A stretch of DNA of 64,000 nucleotides, from NCBI GenBank assembly GCA_963797555.1, contig CAWCPV010000004.1, positions 96,001-160,000 of the forward strand, in the 5' to 3' direction. The notes below the pieces were generated by a model, which was not told the DNA's origin, did not search any database, and saw only the letters and a list, made by a program, of their open reading frames with translations. Source of the DNA: an uncultured Gammaproteobacteria bacterium. Its GTDB lineage: Bacteria > Pseudomonadota > Gammaproteobacteria > CAWCPV01. A program made the position numbers and the translations under genes. How positions within the stretch are numbered: the stretch's first letter is position 1; every line of letters begins with the position of its first letter. Positions 1-10,015 of the stretch are shown piece by piece.

Positions 1-1
1 C

Positions 2-859
2 GGACCGCGAGAGTTCCCTCCCGAGGTCGCCCTGTCCTCTCGAGTGCCGATCCGGGAGTTCGCGGAGGATATCGCCATTCGCGAACGAGGCCGTCTGCAC
101 CTGGGCGATCAGCCTGTCCTGGACCTTCGTTCGCTGGCCGAGGAAGCAGGGGTGCACGTGTTCTATTGGGAGATACCGTCGCCGATCGCGGGCATGTACG
201 CGTTCGTCCCGGACTTGGGCTACTGCATCCTCATCAACCGCAAACACCCTCCCGAGCGGCGCCGGTGGACCCTGGCCCATGAGTACGCTCATTTTCTCTG
301 CGACCGGCACCGGCCGGGCATAGACTTCCTGGCCGAGTCCAAGCGCAAACCCCTTAACGAGCGCTTCGCCGACGCGTTCGCAGCGGCTCTACTGATGCCC
401 GAGACCGGGATACGACGGCACTTTCTCGTCGTGACTGCTAGCACGGACGACTTCCAGACAGCGGACTTGTGCCGGTTGGCGAACACCTATTTCGTTTCGG
501 TGCAAGCGATGGCATACCGCTTGGAGGACCTCGGCCTCCTTCCCAAGGGGGCATGGGAGGTGTTGCTGGAGCGTGGCTTCAAGCCCACCCTGGCGAGGCA
601 GACGTTGCGGTTGGAGGCACCGTGCGCCGAATCCGGTGACGCCGTCCCGGAGCGGTACCGCTACCTCGTAGTTCATGCCTATGTTCAGGAGAAGATTACC
701 GAGGGTCAGCTCGCCGGGTTCCTGCGGACGGACCGTGTCTCCGCTCGTGAGATGGTGCTCGCCGCCATGAGTGCTAGGGAGGTGGACAGCCAAGGTCGCG
801 AGCAACTCCTGGAAATTCCCCTGGCACGATCCCTGTTCAAAATCGCCCCCGAGGCTTGA
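2..859 (+). CDS. ImmA/IrrE-family (peptidase M78) metallo-endopeptidase, 5'-truncated by window (probably an XRE-HTH fusion)
   Basis: Frame is open from base 2. Contains ILINRKHPPERRRWTLAHEYAH (HExxH), NERFADAFAAALLMP and FVSVQAMAYRL, all typical of COG2856/ImmA proteins. Confidence 0.9.
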   Translation, partial: GPREFPPEVALSSRVPIREFAEDIAIRERGRLHLGDQPVLDLRSLAEEAGVHVFYWEIPSPIAGMYAFVPDLGYCILINRKHPPERRRWTLAHEYAHFLCDRHRPGIDFLAESKRKPLNERFADAFAAALLMPETGIRRHFLVVTASTDDFQTADLCRLANTYFVSVQAMAYRLEDLGLLPKGAWEVLLERGFKPTLARQTLRLEAPCAESGDAVPERYRYLVVHAYVQEKITEGQLAGFLRTDRVSAREMVLAAMSAREVDSQGREQLLEIPLARSLFKIAPEA

Positions 860-866
860 ATGCGGC

Positions 867-1412
867 ATGGAGGCGGTCGTTATCGATAGCTGTTGCCTGA
901 TCAACCTGTATGCAACGGGCAAACTGGGGCAGCTACTGGAGACCGTGGGCTGGTCTTGGAAATTACCCGAGGTGGTTGCCCGAGAGGCGCTGTACCTACG
1001 CGTTAAGGATGCAGAAGGCAACCCGGGCCGGGAGGCTATTGATCTCACCCCATTTGTAAGCACCCGCCTTCTCCAGACCGCCGCGCCGCAAACCGAAACC
1101 GAGTTCGCCGCCTACGTGGATCTGGCGGTTGCAGTCGACGACGGCAAGGCGATGGCCCTGGCCCTTGCTGTTTGCCGTGGCTGGCGCCTGGCCACCGATG
1201 ACGCCAAGGCCCTGCGCACGGCGGAGCAGAAAGGCGTGAAGTGCGTCACGACTCCGGAGATCATAAGGCAATGGGCCGAGGCCACCGCGGCACCGACCGG
1301 AGAAGTCGCGGCCATGCTGATGGCGATTCAGGAGCGGGCGCGATTCGCTCCGCCACGGAGTCACCCGCTCGGCCGTTGGTGGGCGCGTTCTTTGGAAGGG
1401 ATCGAGGGCTAA
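867..1412 (+). CDS. PIN-domain putative toxin
   Basis: ATG 7 nt after the ImmA stop. VVIDSCCLINL...EVVAREA...VDDGKAMALALA...LATDDAKA matches the PIN pattern, but the usual GEA motif reads GKA. Confidence 0.75.
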   Translation: MEAVVIDSCCLINLYATGKLGQLLETVGWSWKLPEVVAREALYLRVKDAEGNPGREAIDLTPFVSTRLLQTAAPQTETEFAAYVDLAVAVDDGKAMALALAVCRGWRLATDDAKALRTAEQKGVKCVTTPEIIRQWAEATAAPTGEVAAMLMAIQERARFAPPRSHPLGRWWARSLEGIEG

Positions 1413-1449
1413 TGACTGCAATCGTGCACACGCCGGGGGACGTGCGACT

Positions 1450-1727
1450 GCGCCATCACCGCGGCATGTGTTGTTGAGCATTGATACCTTCAAGCAGCAC
1501 TACGGGAAAGGAGTCGCTGCCGAGGGTCATCAGCCCTTCGCCGGCCGTGAAGTGGTAGATCTCCTCGCTGAGACGGTGGCGGTGCAGGACGGTTCGGACA
1601 CCAGGCGCCACTGTGGCTTCGGCAAGACTCGTCGGCGATTCCCATGGCGGGCCGGGTGCATCAGTTCACGGATAACCGACCCGTCCTTGGTAACGTAGGG
1701 GGTGACCGTCGCGTAGGGGATTCTCAC
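1450..1727 (-). pseudogene. Cupin-domain protein, frameshifted and 3'-truncated
   Basis: TKDGSVIRELMHPARHGNR, then after a 1-nt loss near 1630 SLAEATVAPGVRTVLHRHRLSEEIYHFTAGEGLMTLG (cupin HxH-x4-E motif). Similarity stops near 1500. Confidence 0.75.
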
Positions 1728-2175
1728 ACCCGCAGTACGAGATTTACTCTACAAATTTATAATTACGGAACGTTCTGTGTGGTTTAAATTTCCTGTCACG
1801 CTTCTGGACTGGTAGAAGTAAGGATGCCGGCGCTGGCGACGCGGCGCTTGTGCAGCGCATTTTCACGGTGACGCCACTTTGCGCCGGGGTGGCTCACGGA
1901 TCAGTCCTTTATCGCACCCTCGCCCAGACATCACTTTCGGTGTCCATCGAGTAGCGCAAGTGGAGCGGCCGTTGGCGAAGGGCACGCCCCTGGTTGCCAA
2001 CATCCCGCGAAGGGTGCCCGCCATAGCCCCAGAGGGAGACCCCGCTAAAACAACTGATTAAATAACCACCGCATCGGCGCGGTTGCCAATGCCGCCGGAT
2101 GACGCCACGACTCCGATTGCACTAGAATATCGGCTAGCGGCGAGGCAGTTTCCCTCAAAAATCAGGAGGTTTCTC

Positions 2176-3267
2176 ATGGCGGACATTTCACGGCAACAGG
2201 TGGAAGCGGCGCTCAAGGAGGTTGTCGACCCTTACGTCAAAAAGGATCTGGTTTCTTCCAACGCCGTCAAGAACATTGCCATCGACGGCGGTCGGGTCAG
2301 CGTCGACCTCCATCTGGGCTACCCCGCCAAGCGCTATCATGCGGAGCTGGCCAAGGCCGTCCAGGACAAGGTCGAGGCCATCGGGGGCGTCACCGAAGCC
2401 ATCGTCAGCGTGGCCACTAAGATCGCCGCCCACAGCGTCCAGAAGGGCGTCACGCCCATGAAGAACCTGAAGAACATTATCGCGGTGGCCTCTGGCAAGG
2501 GCGGGGTCGGCAAGTCGACGGTGGCAGTCAACCTCGCCCTGGCGCTTTCCACGGAGGGCGCCAACGTGGGTATCCTGGATGCCGACATTTACGGACCCAG
2601 CCAGCCCCGAATGTTGGGCATCCACGCCAAGCCGGAGTCCAAGGACGGTAAGACCCTCGAGCCAATCGTCAGCTACCACCTCCAGTCCATGTCCATCGGC
2701 TACCTGATCGACGAAGAGACCCCGATGATCTGGCGCGGCCCGATGGTGACCCAGGCCCTGGAGCAACTGCTCAAGGACACGAACTGGAAGGATCTGGACT
2801 ATCTGGTGGTGGACCTGCCGCCGGGGACCGGCGACATCCAGCTCACCCTGGCCCAGAAGATCCCGGTCAGCGGGGCGATCATCGTCACGACCCCCCAGGA
2901 CATCGCCTTGCTCGACGCCCGCAAGGGCTTGAAGATGTTTGAGAAGGTCAACGTCCCCGTATTGGGCATCGTGGAGAACATGAGCATCTACATCTGCCCG
3001 AAGTGCGGCCACGAGGACCACATCTTCGGCGAAGGAGGCGGCCGCCGCATGGCGGAGGAGCATGAGGTGGACTTTCTGGGTTCGTTGCCGCTCGACGCCC
3101 GTATCCGCGAAGCCGTCGACAGCGGGAACCCGTCGGTGGTATCGGAGCCCGATGGGCGCGTGGCCCAGATGTACCGGGAGATCGCGCGCCACGCTGCGGC
3201 CAAGCTGTCCCAGCAGGCCAAGGACTATACGACCAAGTTCCCCAGCATCGTCATCCAGAGCAATTAG
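2176..3267 (+). CDS. apbC: Fe-S cluster carrier ATPase ApbC/Mrp
   Basis: AGGAGG SD before ATG 2176. Motifs ASGKGGVGKST, DADIYGPS, DLPPGTGD and CPKCGH. Confidence 0.97.
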   Translation: MADISRQQVEAALKEVVDPYVKKDLVSSNAVKNIAIDGGRVSVDLHLGYPAKRYHAELAKAVQDKVEAIGGVTEAIVSVATKIAAHSVQKGVTPMKNLKNIIAVASGKGGVGKSTVAVNLALALSTEGANVGILDADIYGPSQPRMLGIHAKPESKDGKTLEPIVSYHLQSMSIGYLIDEETPMIWRGPMVTQALEQLLKDTNWKDLDYLVVDLPPGTGDIQLTLAQKIPVSGAIIVTTPQDIALLDARKGLKMFEKVNVPVLGIVENMSIYICPKCGHEDHIFGEGGGRRMAEEHEVDFLGSLPLDARIREAVDSGNPSVVSEPDGRVAQMYREIARHAAAKLSQQAKDYTTKFPSIVIQSN

Positions 3268-3612
3268 GGCGCACGCCACGCAGCCTAGCCACACTCGCCA
3301 CCCGGCTGCGGGCGGCTGCCGCGGGGGCCGGGTGACGCCGAGAGCCCGTCGCGGCGTCTCTTAGATAAATCGTCGCGAGGGGCCCGGGCGCAAGGCGCAG
3401 GGAGCGCAGTGGTGCTCGGGGAACCGATCCACTGCGTGGTCGAGCCGCTCTGGCTCGCCGTCGCTGAGGGGGCCAGCGTCGCTCCCCGGAATCGTAGAAT
3501 CGAGCAGCATGATCTGCGTGGCGCGGGTACGGGCGAATCGGTATCATGTCGCCAGCGCCGGCAGGGCGTGAACAGCACGGGCCTTCTCTCGGAGCGCGTC
3601 GGAATTGCGGAC

Positions 3613-4179
3613 ATGAGCGTCAAGTCAGACGGCTGGATCCGGCGGATGGCCATTGAGTGCGGCATGATCGATCCTTTCGAGCCGCGCCAGATCAAGGAAA
3701 ACCAGGCGGGGCGTATCGTCTCGTACGGCACCTCCAGCTACGGCTACGACATCCGCTGTGCAGACGAGTTCAAGATCTTCACCAACATCAATTCCGCCAT
3801 CGTCGACCCCAAGAACTTCGACGCCAGCAGCTTCGTGGACCTGCGCTCGGACGTTTGCATCATCCCGCCCAACTCCTTCGCCCTGGCGCGCACCGTGGAA
3901 TATTTCCGGATCCCCCGCAACGTGCTGACCATCTGCCTGGGGAAGAGCACGTACGCACGCTGTGGTATCATCGTCAACGTGACTCCCCTGGAGCCGGAAT
4001 GGGAGGGCCACGTGACGCTCGAGTTTTCCAACACCACCCCGTTGCCCGCCAAGGTGTACGCCAACGAAGGGGTGGCTCAGGTCATCTTCCTGGGGGCCGA
4101 CGACGTGTGCGAGATCTCGTATCGAGATCGTGGCGGGAAATACCAAGGGCAGATTGGCGTTACTTTGCCCAAGACCTAA
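3613..4179 (+). CDS. dcd: dCTP deaminase
   Basis: [13 protein letters not shown]...[12 protein letters not shown]...GKSTYARCG...PLEPEWEG; conserved position after apbC. Confidence 0.97.
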   Translation: MSVKSDGWIRRMAIECGMIDPFEPRQIKENQAGRIVSYGTSSYGYDIRCADEFKIFTNINSAIVDPKNFDASSFVDLRSDVCIIPPNSFALARTVEYFRIPRNVLTICLGKSTYARCGIIVNVTPLEPEWEGHVTLEFSNTTPLPAKVYANEGVAQVIFLGADDVCEISYRDRGGKYQGQIGVTLPKT

Positions 4180-4251
4180 GCTCTGGCCGATCGAGCATCC
4201 CGACGCAACGCCCGAGAGGTCACCCCCCGGGCACAGCGTGGGGCAAACGCG

Positions 4252-4416
4252 TTAGACCTCCATCATCTCGAAATCTTCCTTCCCGACGCCGCAGTCCGGG
4301 CAACGCCAAGTGGTCGGAATGTCCTCCCAGCGGGTCCCGGGCGCAATCCCTTCCTCGGGCATGCCCGCCGCTTCGTCATACACGAAGCCGCAGATCAGAC
4401 ACAGATAGACCTTCAT
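4252..4416 (-). CDS. Rubredoxin
   Basis: [18 protein letters not shown]...PGTRWEDIP...[13 protein letters not shown] with two CxxC motifs. An alternative in-frame ATG lies at 4476. Confidence 0.95.
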   Translation of the reverse strand: MKVYLCLICGFVYDEAAGMPEEGIAPGTRWEDIPTTWRCPDCGVGKEDFEMMEV

Positions 4417-4641
4417 CTGCGACGCCGCCGGCAGCGTGTCAAGGGTTTGGGAGCGGACAGCGGTGTCTTGAACCATAGTGGAAACCCACACCTTCGATTT
4501 GTCGGAACTGGTTAAAGCGACGACCGCTGAGACCCCGGTGCGGTGCCGTGGCGGCCGAGGCTTCGGGGGACGGCGACCGGTTCCAGCGGTCGGGCCGGTC
4601 GGGCATAATGTTACGATTCTCTGTCCCTCAGACGCAACACA

Positions 4642-5460
4642 TTGGCAGCAGACACGCACACGGTCCCCGCTGTGCTGGTGTTCGCCGGCAACGACCCTAG
4701 CGGCGGCGCCGGCATTCAGGCCGACATCGAGGCCATCGGCAGCATGGGCTGCCATACACTGCCTGTCGTGACCGCGCTGACCGTGCAGGACACCCAGGGC
4801 GTGAAGGGGTACCTCCCGGTCGAGCCCTCCTGGGTCATCAGTCAGGCACGCGCGGTGCTGGAGGACGTACCGGTCGCGGCCTTCAAGATAGGCATGCTCG
4901 GCCAGGTGAGCAACGTCGAGGCGGTCCACACGATCCTCACGGACTACCCGAATGTGCCGGTAGTGCTGGATCCGGTGCTTGCCTCGGGTACCGGTCAGGC
5001 CCTCAGCGAGGCCGCGGTGGTCGAGGCCATGATCAGCCTTCTGTTCCCGCAGACCACGGTCCTCACACCGAACACCCTGGAAGCGCGCGCCCTCGCTTCG
5101 GGCGCTGACAACCTCGACGCGTGCGCCCAACAGCTCATGGACCGTGGTTGCGAGTTCGTACTGCTCACCGGGACTCACGAGCCGACCCCTCAAGTGGTGA
5201 ATCGGCTGTATGGCGCTCGCAGGGAGATGGAAAGCTACACCTGGGAACGGCTGCCGGACAGCTATCACGGGTCGGGCTGCACGCTGGCGGCCGCGCTCGC
5301 CGGCCTTCTGGCGCAGGGGCGGGAACCGTTCTCCGCGGTATATGAGGCCCAGCAGTACACCTGGGAGAGTCTGAAGTACGGCTACCGCCTGGGCATGGGC
5401 CAGCACATCCCCAACCGCCTGTTCTGGGGCTCGACGGACGACCAAGAGCATGCAGGCTGA
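4642..5460 (+). CDS. thiD: Hydroxymethylpyrimidine/phosphomethylpyrimidine kinase
   Basis: [32 protein letters not shown] and HGSGCTLA motifs; TTG start. Confidence 0.93.
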   Translation: MAADTHTVPAVLVFAGNDPSGGAGIQADIEAIGSMGCHTLPVVTALTVQDTQGVKGYLPVEPSWVISQARAVLEDVPVAAFKIGMLGQVSNVEAVHTILTDYPNVPVVLDPVLASGTGQALSEAAVVEAMISLLFPQTTVLTPNTLEARALASGADNLDACAQQLMDRGCEFVLLTGTHEPTPQVVNRLYGARREMESYTWERLPDSYHGSGCTLAAALAGLLAQGREPFSAVYEAQQYTWESLKYGYRLGMGQHIPNRLFWGSTDDQEHAG

Positions 5461-6097
5461 CAGCCATGTGCACGGACTGTACGTCATCACCGGCGAGGCG
5501 GACGTTGGGGTCGAGACTCTGGTCCGGCAGACGGCTTCGGCCATCCGCGGGGGAGCATCGCTCGTGCAGTACCGGCGTAAGGGGGACGCCCCTGAGCGGC
5601 GTCGTCAACAGGCGCAGCGCCTCGGTCATCTGTGTCGGGCCCACGGGATCCCGTTCATCGTCAATGACGATATTTCCTTGGCACGGGACGTCGGCGCCAC
5701 GGGCGTCCACCTCGGTAAGGACGACCCTCCCGTCGCCGTTGGACGGCGCATCTTGGGGCAGCATGCACTCATCGGTGTCTCGTGCTACGACTCCTGGCAG
5801 CGCGCTTCAGAGGCACAGAGCGCCGGTGCGGATTACGTCGCCTTCGGCAGCTTCTTTCCCTCCCCGACCAAGCCCGAGGCGGTGCACGCCGACTTGGCGC
5901 TGTTGAGGCAGGCGAAGGCCACGCTACGAGTCCCCGCAGTCGCCATCGGGGGCATCACCCCGCAGAACGCGATAGCGCTCATCGAGGCGGGCGCCGATGC
6001 GGTCGCCGTGATCAGCGGGGTATTCGGGAGCGACGACGTGGAAGCAGCGGCGCGACGTTACGCAGAGCTGTTCGAGGACCCGTGCCGCGGCCTCTGA
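5450..6097 (+). CDS. thiE: Thiamine-phosphate synthase
   Basis: [33 protein letters not shown] and AIGGIT motifs; overlaps the end of thiD. Confidence 0.95.
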   Translation: MQADSHVHGLYVITGEADVGVETLVRQTASAIRGGASLVQYRRKGDAPERRRQQAQRLGHLCRAHGIPFIVNDDISLARDVGATGVHLGKDDPPVAVGRRILGQHALIGVSCYDSWQRASEAQSAGADYVAFGSFFPSPTKPEAVHADLALLRQAKATLRVPAVAIGGITPQNAIALIEAGADAVAVISGVFGSDDVEAAARRYAELFEDPCRGL

Positions 6098-6238
6098 TAT
6101 CGCTGACTCATGGACGGGCCGAGCGACCGAACGGGCTGAGGAGCACGCGACCCCGCCGGTCCTCGGGCTGAGCGGCAGAGGAGGAGTGCGAGATCACCTC
6201 CATGTCTGCCCCCTGGCTCGCTCTGCGAGCCCACTTCG

Positions 6239-6268
6239 TTGACACCCGGGCACGCCGTAGCGTATAAA
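6239..6268 (+). promoter_or_regulatory. Sigma70-type promoter for the hyf/ehr operon
   Basis: TTGACA (6239-6244), 18-nt spacer, TATAAA (6263-6268). Confidence 0.6.
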
Positions 6269-6366
6269 ACGACGCCCGTCACGAGGACCCAGACCGGCCC
6301 GGCGCCTCGCCCAACGGGTTGGTCCGGTCCTTCCCTGACACCCTCGCCTTCCTCGGGGAGCGCCTC

Positions 6367-8391
6367 TTGGCACTGACCGTTGCCGCATGGGCGGCCGTCT
6401 TCGCTTTGGCATCGGCAGGTGCGAGCTTGGGCCTGGACACCCGGCCCCGGCTGTTCAAGCCCCTCAGCTTCGTGCTCCTCGGGATCTCCGGCGCTTGCGC
6501 GATCATCGCCGCGGGATGGGCGTTGGGGACGGCGACCGCCACGACCGGGGTACTCCCGATTGGTTTGCCCTGGATGCCCTGGCACCTGCGCCTGGACCCG
6601 CTCGCCGGCTTCTTCTTCGGCGTCATCGGGCTGGTCACGCTGGCCGTGGCGTTGTACGGCCCCGGACATCTGCGCGAATATGAGCGCGGTAAGCAACCTC
6701 TTTGGATGCTGGGGCTGTTCACCGGCTTGTTCGTAGCGGGCATGCAGCTCGTCGTGCTCGCCGACGACGCCTTCGCCTTCATGGTGTCCTGGGAGCTGAT
6801 GTCACTCGCGAGCTATTTTCTCGTCGCCTATCAGCACCAGCACGCTGCGAACCGTCGTGCGGCATACCTGTATCTGCTGATGGCGCAAGTGGGAGGCCTG
6901 GCGATCCTCCTCGGCTTCGGCGTGCTCGCCGGCTTCGCCGGCGACTTCACCTTCAACGCGATGCGCGCCGCCGACCTCTCCAAAGGCTGGGAGACGGCGG
7001 CTTTCCTGCTCGCGCTGGTCGGCTTCGGCATGAAGGCGGGGCTGGTGCCGCTCCATGCGTGGCTGCCCGAGGCGCACCCCGTGGCACCCTCCCACATCTC
7101 CGCCCTCATGAGCGGAGTGATGCTGAAGGTGGCCGTCTACGGGTTCATCCGTTTCACCTTCGACCTGATCGGGGAAGTGCAATGGGGGTGGGGACTAGGC
7201 GTGCTCCTCGTCGGCAGCGCTTCGGCGCTGCTCGGGGTGCTGTACGCCCTGATGCAGCATGACCTCAAGCGCCTGCTGGCCTATCACTCGGTGGAGAACA
7301 TCGGGATCATCTTCATCGGGCTCGGACTGGCCATGATCTTCTTCGGCACCGGCCATCCGCGCCTGGGCATCCTGGGCTTCCTCGCGGCCCTCTACCACAC
7401 CTTGAACCACGCCCTATTCAAGAGTCTGCTGTTCATGGGTGCCGGCACCATCATCCAGCACAGCCACCAGCGGGATTTGGAGCACATGGGCGGGCTGATC
7501 CACCGCATGCCGCTTACTTCGGTGTTCTTTCTGGTAGGCTGCGTCAGCATCTCCGCTCTGCCGCCCTTCAACGGCTTCGTCTCCGAGTGGCTCACCTTCC
7601 AGGCCGCTCTCCAGTCTCCGGCGCTCGAGAGCGGCGTGCTGCGCGCCATGATCCCGGTGACCGCGGCCATGCTGGCCTTGACCGGGGCGCTCGCCGCCGC
7701 ATGCTTCGTCAAGGTCTACGGAGTCGCCTTCCTCGGCCAGCCCCGCAGCCGCCACGTGCGGCGGGCGCGCGAAGCGCACTGGGGAATGCATGCGGCGCAA
7801 GCGTGGCTGGCGGCTTTGTGCGTGGTATTCGGGGTGCTGCCCACGTACGCCATCGAATTGATGGACGCTGTCCCGCGCACCCTGCTGGGCCAGGGCCTGC
7901 CCAGCGCGTGGGCCTCGGGCTGGCTGTGGTTGACCCCGGTCTCGCCGGACGTGGCCTCCTATGGAGCACCCCTCGTGCTCGTGGGCCTGTTGCTGAGCGG
8001 GGGGATCGCCTACTGGGTGCTCCACCGTCCCGGTCAGGCCGCCACGGAGCGCCGCAGCCGTCCCTGGGATTGCGGCTTCGGGCCGCTGAGCCCGCGCATG
8101 CAATACACCTCCACGGCCTTCTCCATGCCCATCCGGCGCATCTTTCAGCCGGTGTGGGAGGTGCACGAGACGGTGGACGAGACGCGCGACCCGGTCCAGC
8201 CTCTGCGCGTCGCCGCGATACGCCATGCGCTGCGTGTCGAGGACCGGTCCTGGAGCGTCGTGTACGAGCCCCTCGGGCGCGCGGTGCTGAGCGCCGCTCG
8301 TTACGTCGGACGCATCCAGACCGGGAGCCTGCGCACCTATCTCGCATACTCGTTCTTCACGCTGGTGGTGCTGTTGTGGCTCATCAGCTAA
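6367..8391 (+). CDS. hyfB: Hydrogenase-4 component B-like antiporter subunit (NuoL/MrpA family)
   Basis: SWELMSLASYFLV, KAGLVPLHAWLPEAHP, LKRLLAYHSVENIG, PPFNGFVSEW and WDCG...RMQYT. The TTG at 6367 follows a GGGGAG SD; the ORF is open from 6319. Confidence 0.92.
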   Translation: MALTVAAWAAVFALASAGASLGLDTRPRLFKPLSFVLLGISGACAIIAAGWALGTATATTGVLPIGLPWMPWHLRLDPLAGFFFGVIGLVTLAVALYGPGHLREYERGKQPLWMLGLFTGLFVAGMQLVVLADDAFAFMVSWELMSLASYFLVAYQHQHAANRRAAYLYLLMAQVGGLAILLGFGVLAGFAGDFTFNAMRAADLSKGWETAAFLLALVGFGMKAGLVPLHAWLPEAHPVAPSHISALMSGVMLKVAVYGFIRFTFDLIGEVQWGWGLGVLLVGSASALLGVLYALMQHDLKRLLAYHSVENIGIIFIGLGLAMIFFGTGHPRLGILGFLAALYHTLNHALFKSLLFMGAGTIIQHSHQRDLEHMGGLIHRMPLTSVFFLVGCVSISALPPFNGFVSEWLTFQAALQSPALESGVLRAMIPVTAAMLALTGALAAACFVKVYGVAFLGQPRSRHVRRAREAHWGMHAAQAWLAALCVVFGVLPTYAIELMDAVPRTLLGQGLPSAWASGWLWLTPVSPDVASYGAPLVLVGLLLSGGIAYWVLHRPGQAATERRSRPWDCGFGPLSPRMQYTSTAFSMPIRRIFQPVWEVHETVDETRDPVQPLRVAAIRHALRVEDRSWSVVYEPLGRAVLSAARYVGRIQTGSLRTYLAYSFFTLVVLLWLIS

Positions 8392-9335
8392 CGCTCTGGC
8401 TCCTCGCCCTGCTCCAGGCAGCCCTGTTCGTTGCGGCCGCGCCGCTGCTCGCCGGCTGGGTGAAGCGCTTGAAGTGCCGCTCCCAGAACCGCTCGGCCCC
8501 CTCGCTGTTGCAGCCGTATCGGGATCTGGCGAAGCTGTTTCGCAAGGACTTGGTGCTCGCCGACAACGCCTCGTGGGTGTTCCGCGGCGCCCCTTACATC
8601 GTCTTCGGCGCCACGGTGCTGGCTGCGGCCGTCGTCCCGCTGCTGGCCGTGCACTTGCCAACCGCGGCAGTAGCCGATGTCATCGTACTGGTAGGCTTCT
8701 TTGCCCTGGCGCGATTCTTTCTGGCCCTGGCGGGCATGGACATCGGGACCGCCTTCGGCGGCATGGGTGCTTCCCGGGAGATGACCGTTGCGTCACTGGC
8801 CGAGCCGGCCATGCTCATGGCGGTCTTCACTCTCGCCATGACCGCTTCCACGACCAATCTCTCGGTGGCGATGGAGTCGATCCTGGGATCGGGCTTGGTG
8901 CTGCGCCCGTCTTTCGTGTTCGCCCTGCTGGGCCTCGCCATGGTCGCTGTCGCGGAAACCGGCCGCATCCCGGTGGACAACCCGGCGACGCACTTGGAGC
9001 TGACCATGATCCACGAGGCCATGATCCTGGAGTACACCGGCCGTCATCTGGCACTGATGGAGTGGGCGGCCCAAATCAAGCTAATGACCTATGGGGTGCT
9101 CATCGCCAACATCTTCCTCCCGTGGGGCATCGCCACGGATCTCAGCCTGAAGGCCGTGGTCATCGGGGCGCTTGCCATCACGCTGAAGTTGGCCCTGCTG
9201 TCGGTCGCCCTGGTCGTGAGCGAGACGGTGCTCGCCAAACTGCGGCTGTTTCGCGCGCCCCAGTACCTTAGCTTCGCGTATCTGCTCACGGTGCTCGGCA
9301 TGCTGAGCCACATCATCCTGGAGACGGGCGTCTGA
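8391..9335 (+). CDS. hyfC: HyfC/NuoH-like membrane subunit
   Basis: QPYRDLAKLFRK, FGGMGASRE and AETGRIPVDNPATHLELTMIHEAMILEY. The apparent start is ACG overlapping the hyfB stop (TAACG). Confidence 0.88.
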   Translation, partial: TLWLLALLQAALFVAAAPLLAGWVKRLKCRSQNRSAPSLLQPYRDLAKLFRKDLVLADNASWVFRGAPYIVFGATVLAAAVVPLLAVHLPTAAVADVIVLVGFFALARFFLALAGMDIGTAFGGMGASREMTVASLAEPAMLMAVFTLAMTASTTNLSVAMESILGSGLVLRPSFVFALLGLAMVAVAETGRIPVDNPATHLELTMIHEAMILEYTGRHLALMEWAAQIKLMTYGVLIANIFLPWGIATDLSLKAVVIGALAITLKLALLSVALVVSETVLAKLRLFRAPQYLSFAYLLTVLGMLSHIILETGV

Positions 9336-9336
9336 C

Positions 9337-10015
9337 ATGAGCCTGATGCACCTCAGCCTCTACGAGCAGGCGATCCTCTTCTTCGCCGCCGCCATCCTGT
9401 TCACCTCGTTCGCCATGCTGGCCCAGCCCCGGTCGCTCGCGCTCATCCGCGTATTCGCTTGGCAGGGCGCGATCCTGGCGCTGACCACCGCGTTGGTCGC
9501 CGGGGTGTCCCACCATCCACATCTCTACGTCTCCGCTGTGCTCACCCTCAGCATGAAGGCCCTGCTCATCCCCTGGCTGCTACACCGGCTGGTGGTGCGC
9601 CTCGGTCTGGCTCGGGACGCGGAGCCGCTCAAGAACACCGCCCTGGTGCAGATCGGCGGGGCCAGCGTGGTGGTGTTCAGCTACTATGTCTCGCTGCCGG
9701 TCGTGGAGTTGTCCAAGTTCGTGACCCGCAACACCATCGCCATCAGCCTGGCAGTGGTGCTGCTCGGGCTCCTGCTCGATGATCACGCGGCGCCGCGCGG
9801 TCACGCAGGTGGTCGGCTTCATGGCCATGGAGAACGGGCTATTCTTCGCGGCAGTGGTCTCGACGCTCGGCATGCCCATGGTGGTGGAGCTGGGGGTCGC
9901 CTTCGACGTGCTGGTGGCGGCCATCCTGTTCGGGGTCTTCTTCTTCCAGATCCGGGAGAGCATCGAGTCGCTGGACGTGGACCGGCTCAACCGCCTGACC
10001 GAGGCGGACGAGTGA
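9337..10015 (+). pseudogene. hyfE: HyfE-like membrane subunit with a +1 frameshift near 9778
   Basis: N-terminal 148 codons read as HyfE. The C-terminus (MITRRRAVTQVVGFMAMENG...VELGVAFDV...LNRLTE) is in another frame; one extra base in CTGCTCGATGATC explains this. Confidence 0.8.

Noticed and set aside
4500-4641. TPP riboswitch upstream of thiD (GCTGAGA at about 4526)
   Set aside because: The downstream TPP core (ACCTGA...TAATxCxxGCGxAGG) is absent; only an isolated motif is present.
6098-6366. Fluoride riboswitch before the hyf-like operon
   Set aside because: No GGxGATGG...TGATGAC pattern; only generic GC-rich hairpins and a sigma70 promoter.
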